A DNA stretch of 63,935 nucleotides, counting the filler, from Bigelowiella natans CCMP2755 (lineage: Eukaryota; Protista; Cercozoa): NCBI GenBank assembly GCA_000320545.1. It is 7 parts of 7 records of this genome, joined end to end, with 100 filler letters (N's around TTAATTAATTAA, not from the genome) between each part and the next. Parts side by side here need not be neighbours in the genome. Positions count along the whole stretch, not along the records: positions 1 to 21,585 come from ADNK01001143.1; positions 21,686 to 23,376 come from ADNK01003449.1; positions 23,477 to 48,252 come from ADNK01000396.1; 4 more parts are not named here. One strand, written 5' to 3'. This document shows, piece after piece, positions 14,718 to 26,922 of the stretch (position 1 is its first letter; each line of letters opens with the position of its first letter). The position numbers and the translations under genes were made by a program. A model generated the notes under the pieces. The model was given only the letters and a program-made list of their open reading frames with translations, did not search any database and was not told the origin of the DNA.

Positions 14718-16036
14718 CTGCTATCGTTAAGTGCATCTTTACGAAGGCACGCATTTATGGTGTTCACACCGTGTCGTGCGAGTGCGCATTACTAATCTTG
14801 CACTCATGTATAAAGCACATAATACGACTTACAATATTACTAATCGACTCAAACTATGAAAGGACAAACCGAGGCCAGGCGGATGGATTCAAGATCGATA
14901 TTCTGGGTAAGATGAAGTCCATCAAGACGAAATACGTGCCTCCAGTCATAACCCGGGACACGAATGAAGATGAAAAGGACGCGATTTCAGTCAATGACAA
15001 GTCGTCGCTGCTTAAGTAACCGATTGATCTTGCTTTGGTTTAGGAGAAATATTAGAAAGATAAAAATAATGTAAATGCGTGCAGATCCTGCGATCCTGCG
15101 TATATGATTAAGAGAGGAGGGAACTGGGGGGGATGGTTCGTTTGTATGTCGTATTTCAAAGCTACTACCGCTTGAAAACAATGAAAACTGAATATAACAG
15201 GAACACAACTAACATAACATTTGCAATGTTAATAATATGCACCATTTGTACCTTCAGGCTTGTCATATGTATGATTCGGTCTAAGCTGGGGTAATACCTA
15301 AAACACAAACCGCTCAGTTATGCATTGCACGGCTCTTTCCATGCAGTAATTTTTGGGAAAACGGAGAGAAGGTATTCTTAGTTGCGCCATTTGTCGCACA
15401 CTTGCACAGGTCGTCGAGGCAGCTGTGGAAGCGATTCAAATATCTGCTAGGTGACACAAGAACAACACCCAAATGAAACGTTCGATTCTTTTTTTCCAAG
15501 ATTACATTGAGCGATTTAGTCCCTCGTCAGTCTCGTAACAGCAACCTGCGTTGTCCAATATGCGTTACTGACGACGAACGACTACCAACAGCATGCGGGG
15601 ATATTCCTGGCGTGAAGGAGCTCAAATCCTCTGCAAACAGAATTGTCACAAGCTTCAAATTCGTCAAGAAGGCAGCTCAGGTTGAGTTCGATGTTGCATG
15701 AAGTAAAGCACGCAGCTTGTGGCGCATATGCAATGAGCTTTTTTGGGAGAGATTCTCCGAAAAAAAATCTCAAAACGGACGAATCAAAGCACATTAGTAC
15801 AACAACGATCGGTTTCGCCGAGGCAAAACAAGAGGAGCAGGAAGTTACTATTTGCTTGTGTTTACTCAGAAAATAAAGGCCATCACATCCAGCAACTCTC
15901 TTGGTTAGATCATCATTTCATGAGCACGTGCGAGTTGTACAGTTTTCGGAGAACTGCAATGCAGGATATGTCAATATTACTATTAGTTTTGGTTTAATAA
16001 CAATGCTTTTGTAAATATATGTGTGTGAACGTGTGC

Positions 16037-16072
<36 letters not shown>

Positions 16073-16101
16073 CTCTCTCTCTCTTTCCCTCCCTCTCTCT
16101 T

Positions 16102-16138
<37 letters not shown>

Positions 16139-16581
16139 GTGTGAGTCTATAATATCACTACACGGCTAGTGGTATATAGGTATGTAGCATATCGTGATAG
16201 CAAGGCAGAACTTGTTCGTTGATCGTTTTTCCTTTTGCGAGCAGACAAGTATGGGGAAAAGATGGATGGTTTCATCCAAGAGGTGGTTACAAAAACAACG
16301 CAATTATTCAAATAAGTCGCCTTCACAATTCTTAGATCGTGATCATATTATGTATTGAATCAACTTGTTACCTTCATTTGACGTAAAGAGTGGTGTATAC
16401 ATTTCAGTACCAACCAACTATTGACGGCTTGCTTCTCAAGTCTCTTGAGATGGAGACTGTTTATAGGTAGCTTATAGGTCTAAACATTTTAATGCTATAC
16501 ATAAACTTAAGTGTTCCTTTAACATCAATATGGGTTCAAAACCCACAAACTTATTGCTCACGCACATCATCTTTTATTGTG

Positions 16582-16619
<38 letters not shown>

Positions 16620-18643
16620 CTTTTATATACGTAAACACTTTATTCATATTCTATGTTACTCACAAATATATGGTATTTTTCTTCTGTGCTCGGATGCGAA
16701 CGTAAACATAATTCTCCTCCTCCGCTAAACAGAGAAGTGCACGATTTCTTTGGAAATGCCATCGGTTAGTCCTTCTACTTAGTATTCTCAAACGACGAAT
16801 TCTATATCTAAATTTCAAACTTGGATCATTACCAGCAATGATGTTCGTCCATGAATAGAGAATAAGATACACGCGCATACAATGCTGTAGTTCTGAACAA
16901 AATGCGCATGCAAGAGTGCGATGAGACGTTAAACCGAATCATATTGAAGTCTCACCTACAACCAGAGTCAAAGGAAAGCAAGTATCTGCCATCACCAGAA
17001 TTCTTCACGGTATTGAATGGGAACGTCATCTTGTGGAGAAATGTAGTGTGTTGTCTGGTTATTGCTTACGTCAGAGGAAGTAGTAGCCAGATGTTATGAG
17101 CGTGAATGAGCATGGGGGCTGTTTACTAGAAAGTTCGCGTTATTTATTGATTTTTCCCCCGGTTAAAGTATGAATCCATTGATGATGACAATTTTGATAT
17201 CCAACCTGATGCGCAGCCAGCCATGCTACGGTGCTGTTATACTTCATATCTTCTTGTCATCTTAGAAAGCCGTTGTCTTTTCTTTCCTGATGAACCGACC
17301 TTCCCCTCCCCTCGTCCTCACCAGATATTTCAGTGTTTCATCCGAGACATTGTGGCGGAAGTTGCTCGGTTAGTGATTTCTATTGGAAGAGTGAATTGCT
17401 GCTACGTGCATACGCAATAGCGAGTGAGCATGTGAGTGCGCATGTAGGAGGGCGAGAGAGAGGATTTGAGGGTGTTGGGAGGTGGTTAGGTTGCCTGCAT
17501 TAGAGAGCGTTATCTGTTGTTTGTCTTTGATTTTTAATGGTTTTTGAAGGGGAGAAAAAATAATGGCAAAGAAGACGAAAAGATCTCGAATGGTAGTGGC
17601 AAAGTAGTGGTACCGTAGTACCGCAGTATGTGACATTACTAAATGATTGCTCAATAAATTGGTGCGTTAATCTTGCTATTGTTTCATGTTGTAATCAATC
17701 AACCACTACTGCCGACATTTAAACAGTTACTTTGTGGTCGATTGTCCATCTTCCCCTCCCTCGTCACAGAATAAGAAGAAGAGAAACCACAGGAAAAATT
17801 ACAATAAGAAGGTGGTATAAATAAACATCGTTGAAAGAAGAGCATCGATAATATAAACATCAATACGTATGATGAGTATAGTCAGGAGGCGGACATTAAT
17901 ATAAATATAATTTCGTCGCCCCATCAACCTTTTTCCCTCCCTTTTCAAGGACGCTGGAAGTATTGGTGCTCGTGATAGGATTGCGCGTCTCAGAGGCCTC
18001 AGTTTATCAAGAAAGTACCGCTAGCAAACATTCACTGAATGCGGTCTCAGCCTGATAACGCTGACAATATTGTTACTGGAGTTCTCTCGAATCTGACACG
18101 TTTAGAAGCTTTGTTCGTTGATATATATAATTACTCTACATATTCATTGTTTTATATTGAAATCATTTATAATATCTTATAAATATCATTCGCTCGCCCA
18201 TTCTAAGTTTTTCCCTGATTGAAGTCACATCTATTACAACGCAGGTCGGAGTCACCTCTCATATCACCCCAGCGCAGTGGCAGGGCCTCTATCAGTAAGT
18301 GCCAGCAGCTACGTGTATGCCTACCGCTAGCTCAATGCCCTTCGCGCATAGAGTGATTATCACGTGTGAAACAGGCAGGGACGGGAAGCTGTATATGTCT
18401 GCCCCAGGATACGATCGTGCCTCTTCTTCGTCGCCAAAAAGCCGCGCTTCCTTGACCGTCCTTCCAGCTGGCGTTGGTGGCCTTGGGAGCGCCAGAAGAG
18501 CTAGTGTAAGCAAGCGTTCTTCCCTTACAGTCTCGCCGACGCACACAAGTGCTGCCCTGAGCAAGAGACACTCGCTCACCACCACACCTTCGCATGCAAA
18601 TCCAATTCGGTTGAGTGTCATATCGCCTGTTGGCGAGGAGTAG
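2811..18643 (+). CDS. Formin (acylation motif, GBD/FH3-like helical region, coiled coil, FH1, FH2, Ser/Arg-rich tail), dozens of small exons
   Basis: Exon 1 2811-2909 (MGICAS...) splices in phase to 3054. Poly-Pro FH1 exons at about 11340-11520 and 11623-11720. FH2 exons: ITPKKKMRPLFWKP (about 11868), ILDSKRSNQLAI (about 12975), LRQSKDLKRLFGAILAIGNYVNGG (14590-14660), TNRGQADGFKIDILGKMKSIKT (14862-14930), DKYGEKMDGF (about 16245). Last exon ORF ends at 18643. Confidence 0.9.
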
Positions 18644-18829
18644 GTAGCATGCGGACTAAGCGCAGTGTTTTCGTTGTATATGCCCCTTGATAGCTTGCCC
18701 AGTGGTCCAATAATGCGAATGTAAATTGAGTAACAGATCACGCCGCTAGCAGCACTGAGATGCGCCTTCATCGTGTTTTCTAATCGAAGTACACATGAAT
18801 ACTGGAAGCCAGCTAGCATGTGTGTGCTC

Positions 18830-19540
18830 TACTCGCTTCTAGATCTCTAGACCTATATAGCTAGCTAGCTAGCTATGGATATCTACTACCACTTGTCTGG
18901 GTAAATTACTCATGAGGGTGCATCGCATAGATGCTAGCTAGCTAGAATGCTAGAATGCAGGAACAACTGCGATGAAACCGGCGCAAGTTAACTAGCTAGC
19001 TAGCTAAGCAAGCCTAATACTTTAGAACTAGATGTCTACTAGTCTTGTAGTCCATCTTGCTATCTGCTCTAGCTAGCTAGCGCTAGATGTGCAAAGATTC
19101 ACCATCTAGGACTGAACATGTTCACAATAGACACAGTAACATGACACACATTGTGCTTCACATTACGTACGTCTACTGCGTTGCTATCTAGCTATCCACG
19201 TACATAAAAGTAACATGTGCTAGTGTGGGCTAGCTAGTGGGTGCATGCGTGTCTGATGATGATCGCTAGCTAGCTAGATCGGCCGAACTAGCGAATATCA
19301 AGGGCGCTGGCACGTTAGCTAGTTAGTTTGCCCAAAACCATCGTTGCACAAGTACGACAACATGACAAGGCTAGTAGGCAACAATTTCTATAGCTAGATA
19401 GACAAAAGATGCCTAATTTTGCGCTCACAAGCAACGCTTTGTCTAGTCTATTAGTCTGTAGCCTTGCTAGCTAGCTCTAGAGCTAGCCTCACGCATACAG
19501 CTGGCAGACAGCTAGACAGCACTATTGTTGATTACTATAT
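18830..19540. repeat. CTAG/TGCA/CATG-rich intergenic island 1
   Basis: Very dense (CTAG)n runs and GCTAGC with no sustained ORF; lies between convergent 3' ends of the formin and the next gene. Confidence 0.7.
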
Positions 19541-19701
19541 TCCACTAGTCCAGGGTAATTAGGATAACTAGCAGGTTGCATGTAAAAGCGAAGCAAAATT
19601 ATGCTTGAGCCTGAGCCGTAATTGGATGTTTTTGGCGTACTAATAGGTGCAGATAATCTACATATTCACATAGCGTGGTCTGCTACACCTACCCCATGTC
19701 A

Positions 19702-19994
19702 TCAGGGATTAACTATCAGGGAATCAAACTCGGACATCAGCGTGCTCTGCTTCTTTGTGGAACCGGGTGCATCCCTCCTCGCTTTTTTGATTGACTTCTC
19801 TTGACTCCCGTGTTCAGCATCATTGTCCATCTCGATCAACTCCTCCTTCATCTGCTTAAGATCGAACCACGATCGCCCCCCTGTGTGGCGGGTAGAAAGT
19901 AACGTTTCATAACAATGCTGACGTATTCTTCGCAAAAAACGTTGCGCAGAGAACAGAGAAGGAGGGGTGATACAAATGCACGCACGCAAACACA

Positions 19995-20036
<42 letters not shown>

Positions 20037-20075
20037 TTAACACAAATGCAAACACAAAAATGAATATCGATATGA

Positions 20076-20115
<40 letters not shown>

Positions 20116-21076
20116 TACATATATTGTGGAGGTTGTTTTAAATAACGCCTCTCTGAAAAATCTCATTTTGTGGAACAACATCGAAGTCTATAAACAGGAT
20201 GTCCTAGATGAAGGGAGGGGGAAACTGCCCCACACATTAAAACCGGTGTTACGTTTGGCGTTTTGGGTGGTGAATTTTTTAAGTTTGCCGTCCTTGCAAA
20301 TTCGAGGTATTTTCATATTTTGTTGGATGGGTAAATCAGTGAAAACATAATTGCTCACTTGTGGCCTTTTGAGGTTGTGGCGGCGCATAGGAGGCTGATG
20401 GAGCGGGGGGGGGGCGGGAGGCAGACGGGGGCGCCATATGTACTGTTGTTCTCTCTCGTCTGCTTCTGCTAGGAGCGCTGGCACTGCGAGAGGAAAGTGC
20501 AGTTTGCGAACCAAGGCTATTCTTTGTCATTTTGGCGCTGTCCGATGTCAGCAGCATCACGTCATCGTCAGTGCCATCTTCATTCTTCATCGCGTCCACC
20601 ATCCGCCCAAACTTGGATGTCTTAGTCTCCACCTGGAGAAAATGGGAAACATCGTTCCCCAAAACCAAAACATCAGGGGAAAAATCACAAAAAAGGGGGA
20701 AGCGGTGAGTAATTTCATGATTGTGGCACAGGAATCTGCCCCCATCCCCGGTTATTTTGCACCGGAAACAGACGGAAATATTGGATGAAACACGCGACTG
20801 CTTGATCGTTGCTGTCTATGGCCATGACAGAGTCAGTTTATCATCTGATGTTACCGATTTTCTGTGCTTGATGTAGCCCTTCTCGACGAACCACTTGACC
20901 TCCTTTGCAAAAGGCAGTTCCACACCAGGAAGAAAGAGCGTTGTTCGTGCATGCAGTCATTGGAGAGGGGCAGGAGTGACGACGATGCAAGAAAAGGGCA
21001 ATTTAAAAATATTTTTTTTAAAAATGCGTGGCACGTATTGGTGGAATACGTTATGACTTGTAGCATGAGAAAAATG

Positions 21077-21124
<48 letters not shown>

Positions 21125-21530
21125 AGAGAGACAGAGAGAAAGGTATACCTCCATCATTGCTGCTCGAAACTGAGGCTCTGCTCTGCTATGACCTCGGTTG
21201 AAATTCCTTTTAGTAGCACCACCAAAAAAACGGTCCATGATTAGTAAGTGGATGATCGGGGATAAATCAACACATTTCAAATGCGTAAAGAAACGATTTT
21301 GTTTTCAAAAGCAAAAAGATGATGTTTGTAAATCATTGTTCTTGATGATGTGCTGCGTCCTTCGACCAAAATTCCAATTCACGGTCAGAGGCGCCATCAT
21401 GATTATCTCGATATCCATCGGTCTTCCTTCACCGGTCCCTCCCCCTCCATCTCCTTAAGCGTGTTTGTGTATTGCTGACCTCTTAAACACTCTCTCGTAG
21501 CCATCGTTTACATTTAGGGAACTCATAAAA
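19702..21530 (-). CDS. Multi-exon gene of unknown function (5' end lost in gap)
   Basis: Exon-like segments LFLPGVELPFAKEVKWFVEKGYIKHRKS, VETKTSKFGRMVDAMKNEDG, DILFIDFDVVPQNEIFQR and terminal RSWFDLKQMKEELIEMD...NP* separated by microsatellite introns. Family not recognised. Confidence 0.5.
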
Positions 21531-21585
21531 GAAAACAACACCAGTTAGGTAGTTCGGGGAAGGGGGTGCGGGGGGGGGGGGGGGG

Positions 21586-21685
21586 NNNNNNNNNNNNNNN
21601 NNNNNNNNNNNNNNNNNNNNNNNNNNNNNTTAATTAATTAANNNNNNNNNNNNNNNNNNNNNNNNNNNNNNNNNNNNNNNNNNNN
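21586..21685. other. Assembly gap with six-frame-stop linker
   Basis: 44 N + TTAATTAATTAA + 44 N. Confidence 0.97.
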
Positions 21686-21800
21686 CTGCTGAGTGAAATG
21701 GATCGTATGTAGATGACGAAGTGTGAGTATGCTCTTTATAGAACAAATCTCGTTCTTTTGAATAATATGTACATATGCATATGCATATGCATATATGATT

Positions 21801-21845
<45 letters not shown>

Positions 21846-21855
21846 GTATGTGTAT

Positions 21856-21888
<33 letters not shown>

Positions 21889-21900
21889 GAAATTATGCAG

Positions 21901-22429
21901 GTGGAGATCTTCAAGGTCATGTGCGCCGCGAAGAAGCTGACGTACGATGAAGATGTACCGAAGGAGCTCACCAAATCTCTAGGTTATTTGATTGATTCTC
22001 CCATTCCCTGAAGTCTTTTAGATGAGCCAAAATAACGCCGATTTCCTCTTCCTCTCTCTCTCCCTCTCTCTCTTTCTCTCTCTCTGTGTGCAGGATTTGT
22101 GCCTCCTGATGAACTCAGCGTGCGCAATGCTGGGGCAATTAACGACATCGTCGATAAGGTTGTTCCTTACCCCAATTGACGGGTGTATTCAAATCCATAT
22201 GCGTGTTTTCTCTGTTGTGTGCGGCGTCTGTCTAATGCAAATGCAACGCTCTATGATACCCACAGGCGCAGGACAACCTATCAGCACGCATCGGCCTGGA
22301 AGAGATGCGGAAAAACCCAAAGAGCATGCTGCACTTGAAGAGTGACGACGTGCGCAAAGCCATGATCTCTCTCGGTTACATTCGAGACCTCACCGGAGGA
22401 GGGGGTAGCAGAACTCAACTGAATAAAAT

Positions 22430-22480
<51 letters not shown>

Positions 22481-23209
22481 TATATACAGACATATATGTA
22501 CTTGAATTGTGTGCGTGTGTAGTTGACCGATATGGAAAGCTACCTTCTTGAGAGGCATGATTTGGTTGCTTGTTTCCTCGGCTCAGACGGTAAAGGCGGC
22601 AAAGGCGAGACCGTCGAGCAGCTTATGGAACGGTCGGTCGCACTGCTTCTTTCTACCTCTCTTTCTTAACCTAGGGTTCTCTAGCAAACTAGCTTGTATG
22701 CAAGCTATCTCAGATGTTAACGGTCGGCATGCCGCCTCCCCCCCCCCCCCCCACCCCTCACCCCCGCAGCGAGTTCAACAAGATTGTTGGCCATGAGAAC
22801 ATCAAGCAGATGCTGAGGAAATTCGCGAAGAAGATTGTCGCCGACCGAAAGCGCGCGGATATCGCTGGGAAGGCCGATAAGCGGATGCACAAAGACCGCT
22901 ACCATATGGTATATCTGTGACCATGCCCTCCCCGCGTCGCCATTCTTCCACAAGTCCCGCACGATTTCCACGATTGTTTTCCGAAATCTCGCCGACAGAG
23001 AGCAGCGCATAAAGCACGGGAGATTCTCCGCAGGTAGGGGACGAGCGATTTGATGAAGCGCGTGCTTTTTTTTGCCAGGTCTTCGCGGGGCCTCCCGGTA
23101 CAGGGAAGACTATGTGGGCCAAGGTGGTTGCTAAGATTCTCGTCAAAATGGGGATCTGTCCTCATGATGAGGTGTCGGTTGTCTCCTCGCCTCTCAACCT
23201 GCTGGCTGG
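21901..23209 (+). CDS. SpoVK/CbbX/EccA-family tandem AAA+ ATPase (partial, between gaps)
   Basis: AAA lid of one module (VEIFKVMCAAKKLTYDEDVPKEL / SVRNAGAINDIVDK) followed by the start of another: EFNKIVGHENIKQML...YHM | VFAGPPGTGKTMWAKVVAKILVKMG...NLLAG. Confidence 0.8.
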
Positions 23210-23275
23210 GTAAGTAGTTGGGCCTACATATTGCGCATAAAATGCTATATGCACACTATACATATAATATATATG

Positions 23276-23319
<44 letters not shown>

Positions 23320-23376
23320 TAATAAATAAAATTATTGAGTGTGTATACGTGTTTATGGGCGCTATATATAGACACA

Positions 23377-23476
23377 NNNNNNNNNNNNNNNNNNNNNNNN
23401 NNNNNNNNNNNNNNNNNNNNTTAATTAATTAANNNNNNNNNNNNNNNNNNNNNNNNNNNNNNNNNNNNNNNNNNNN
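23377..23476. other. Assembly gap with linker
   Basis: N44-TTAATTAATTAA-N44. Confidence 0.97.
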
Positions 23477-23849
23477 CCCCCCCCCCCCCCCCCTCTCTCT
23501 CTCTCTCTGTGTGTGTAAAGAGAAAATATCTGACTGGCCTATCAACCTAGGAGCGCATGAGCGCACAGGCCACTACTGCTGCGGAGGTTGTAAACAACTG
23601 CCTACCACCTAATATATCTACTACTACTACTACCGCTACACCCTATATCCATACAAAATCTGGTAAAAGGCACATATGGACCGCACGACGCAGCGTATCT
23701 TGAAATTGAGTAGAAATAGTGGCGGAATGGATTGAATCAAGTCGTCGTCTTTATCGTGTTCCTCTTCCCCTCCCCCCCTTTCTCTTCTTCTTCTTCTTCT
23801 TCTTCTTCTTCTTTCTTCTTCTTCCTTGCTTCCCTCCCTCCTCTCTCAG

Positions 23850-23993
23850 ATATTACGATCCCTACTGGAGACAACTGCCAGCAAGGAATGGGAGGTACTG
23901 CAGACGAAGGGGGCAGGGGGACGCCGGAGATCAAGATGATAATGCTGTTGCCGCCGTTCTGCTGTGCATGTGAGCTGATTGGACGTGCGCTCG

Positions 23994-24036
<43 letters not shown>

Positions 24037-25105
24037 CAGCGGAACGAAATCATCCAGGATTTGAAGACGAGTGTGACGGCGAATCAGAAGGAGGTAGGAA
24101 GAGGGTGAGGAAGGAGGGATATTATTAGGAAGGACCCGGTCACCGTACCGCTGGGCCGACTGTTAATGTTTTTGTGTTATTCTGTAAACAACGGCGATGA
24201 TGATGGTGATAATGATGATGACGATGACCACGATGATCATGCTGGGTACTGACTGGGCGATTGTAAAGATCTCGAATTAAATATATTGGGGTTGAAAACA
24301 AGAAATATCTTGAGGAATGCCCCTCGGCGGAAACGCCGATATGATTTCGAGATTGTAGCAATCATCAACCTTTTTCAGCGCCCCTTGAATTATCACCACC
24401 CTCCACATGCACGCGGGAAGAACTATTCATTCATTCTGTGGTTGAATAACAATTTAAAAAGCTGGTCCGGAGGATGTCTCTCGTGGAAGATATGGCTGTA
24501 GTGGAGAAGGTATCTTTCGTTCCTATGATGTCCCTGCTGTGATAAGAATAACAAGAGAGGAGAAGAAGAGACCGAAGAACGAAATCGCGCTTTCGCTCTT
24601 GATTTGTTGGTTCCTCGTGTACCCGATGCCCGTATTCGCCATCCATCATCATAATTGTCGTCACCCTGTCTTTTAGCTTCTCTCTCACCTTCGATGATTC
24701 TAATTATTGACAGCTCCTGAAGGTTAACGACGTCCTGCTGAACGTTCTGCAAATGTACAAAGACAAGGCTGTGGGAGGAGGAGCATCCGGGGTATTGTTC
24801 CTTGTGTAGTGCTGGTGCTGGTGCTGGTGGTGATGATAGTGAGAAATGATGGACTGCGTCCTTGGCATGTCCCCACGTGATACGTATTCAAGCAGGGAGA
24901 TTGGTGGTTTTCTATAATTTTCTTATGCAATTTCCACGGGGATTTATTAGTTGATGGATTTTCTTAGTTTCTAATCAATTAACCAGCAACCTGCTATCGT
25001 GTATCGGTTTTCCCCCAGAAGGCGACGACCGCGGATGATGAGAAGTCAAGACGCCCGTCCATGCCCATTGCAAATTTGCAGCTCAAACATATCAATAATA
25101 GTTGA
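23850..25105 (+). CDS. 3' exons of an unidentified helical protein
   Basis: AG/GT-bounded exons ILRSLLETTASKEWE, RNEIIQDLKTSVTANQKE, VNDVLLNVLQMYKDKA and last exon KATTADDEKSRRPSMPIANLQLKHINNS*. Linkage to the AAA gene across the gap is unknown. Confidence 0.45.
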
Positions 25106-25199
25106 TGCTGCTACTTTAAAAGGGGCATTAGACAAGGAGAAACGGCTACAATGATTGATGAAGTATCACTATGCCTTATTAATTAAATATTAACGTTCG

Positions 25200-26100
25200 T
25201 ATCTTTTACATGTATTTGACTCCCATCTACATGCAAGATGTTTGCGCGATTGATGATTTTTGGCTTCGATTCAGCTTGCCGGATGATGCATTGCTTGTCA
25301 TTCTCACTGCTGAAATTTGCATGACGAGCAACACTGATGAGTTCTCATTGCTATGATCGGTGCGATCTAGCGATGCATGCGTGGCTTGCTGTAGCAACTT
25401 AGCAACATCTGCTAGAAAGAGCATGCGAATCACTTGTCAGCTTTGCAATGCACATCCGCCTCGATCATGTGTTCTCTGGTTCTTGCTGGCTTGCTAGCTA
25501 GCTAGCTTGTCTTGTTTCGGCTGTCTAGCTGTAGTGCAAGTTGCATCAGCGGCACGTTTTGGGCATTGGACGCGACAACGGGCACCATCCATCTAGCTAG
25601 CCATGGGTGTCGGCTTCTGCTAGTCTGCCTCATCGTCCAATTTGTCCTTCAGCAGCAACTTTGCTGCATGCCACAGCATGCAAATCATCGCTACACGTCA
25701 TGCTAGCATGCAAACAAACAGCGGCCACAGCGCTTAGTTGCATCTGTTCATCTCGTCCACTGCGTGTTTCGTGTTTCATGCCAATTGGTTTCACGCAGCA
25801 CTCACACGAATCCTGCTGGCCTGCGATGAAGTTGAAAGCTTCACATGGTCACCATTCGCACACATGATTCATTTGTGCTGGGCACAAATTCGCAAGGGAG
25901 TGTGAAGCTGCGGGTGCAGAACCTGCGCACTCTTGCTTTGATCGGATCACCACGCTTGCTGCGCAATTGCCACTGCGTCGAACAACGCACCAGCTTGGTG
26001 CTGTGCCAATCAGAACGTGTCCCGAGATGAGCTTGCAACATCTGGATTCTGGACACGGTGTGTTGACTGTTACGACGACCATTTGTCCCTCTAACATCCT
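25200..26100. repeat. CTAG/TGCA/CATG-rich intergenic island 2 (decayed repeat)
   Basis: TG/CA-rich, GCTAGCTAGC runs, interrupted frames; contains a segment repeated at 29739-29940. Confidence 0.7.
25505..25710 (+). repeat. Dispersed direct repeat copy A (about 205 bp)
   Basis: Aligns by eye to 29739-29940, both starting GCTTGTCTTGTTTCGGCTGTCTAGCTGT. Confidence 0.9.
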
Positions 26101-26407
26101 ACAAAACACGAGCATTTTTCATCTTTTCTAATCGATGTCGCCCGTTTCTTCCTCTTACTTTGCGGGGGCATGTGCTGAATCTGATTCGACAGCGAGTGAG
26201 GAGTACCGAGCTTACTCGTGCTATTCGATTCGTCAGTCTAGCAGTGGGCGTGTACCGGTAATCCGATCAAAGCAAAGCGTGCGCACGCTAGCACGTTCTT
26301 CTAGTATCTGCTCCACGCACTCCCTTGCGGCCCTTTACACATTGTTAGGCGCCCAACGGAACACTGAACTCCATCCGATTAAAAAAAAAAAGATTCCTAC
26401 CGTCCAT

Positions 26408-26671
26408 GGAAATCCTAGGGAAATCCACTGGATCTAGATCGTAGTTCCAACTTGGAAATAATAATGAAACATCTTGCCAGGTAACAATTTTGGACGCCGA
26501 AAAAGTCGGTGGGGAACTTTATTCTAGGAGATTTGCGGGTTATTCTTCCAAATTCGTGGCATATCTTAGATCTACATGTAGTCTAGATCTCGAGTCTTCT
26601 CTCTTCTACATGTGCATATTTACAGGTATATATACCGGTATATTATTATTATTTTATTAGATCTAGATCTA
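26408..26671 (+). promoter_or_regulatory. Motif cluster upstream of ANK-ART: GGAAATCC x2, GATCTAGATC, TAGATCTAGATCTA palindrome
   Basis: GGAAATCC at 26408 and 26419; palindromes at 26431-26440 and 26658-26671. The same motifs recur at 35350-35430. Function inferred only. Confidence 0.35.
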
Positions 26672-26922
26672 CGACTCTTAATCTACATTCTGAAGCATTT
26701 ACATCTAATGCATATCCCGAGCGAGTTTGGCAAGTAGGACACATCGAATCTACTCGCAGAGCGCTTCGTACCAAGGTACTTTGCAATCTCATCGTAAAAC
26801 TTTCGAAATGTAGCTTTATCATCAAGTTTATCGTGTATATTGCCCTGCGGAACGAGTGGAGTACTCCAATGGAAATAATGCATGTGATCTGATTATCTGG
26901 GTTAGATAAAGTCATTTGAACA

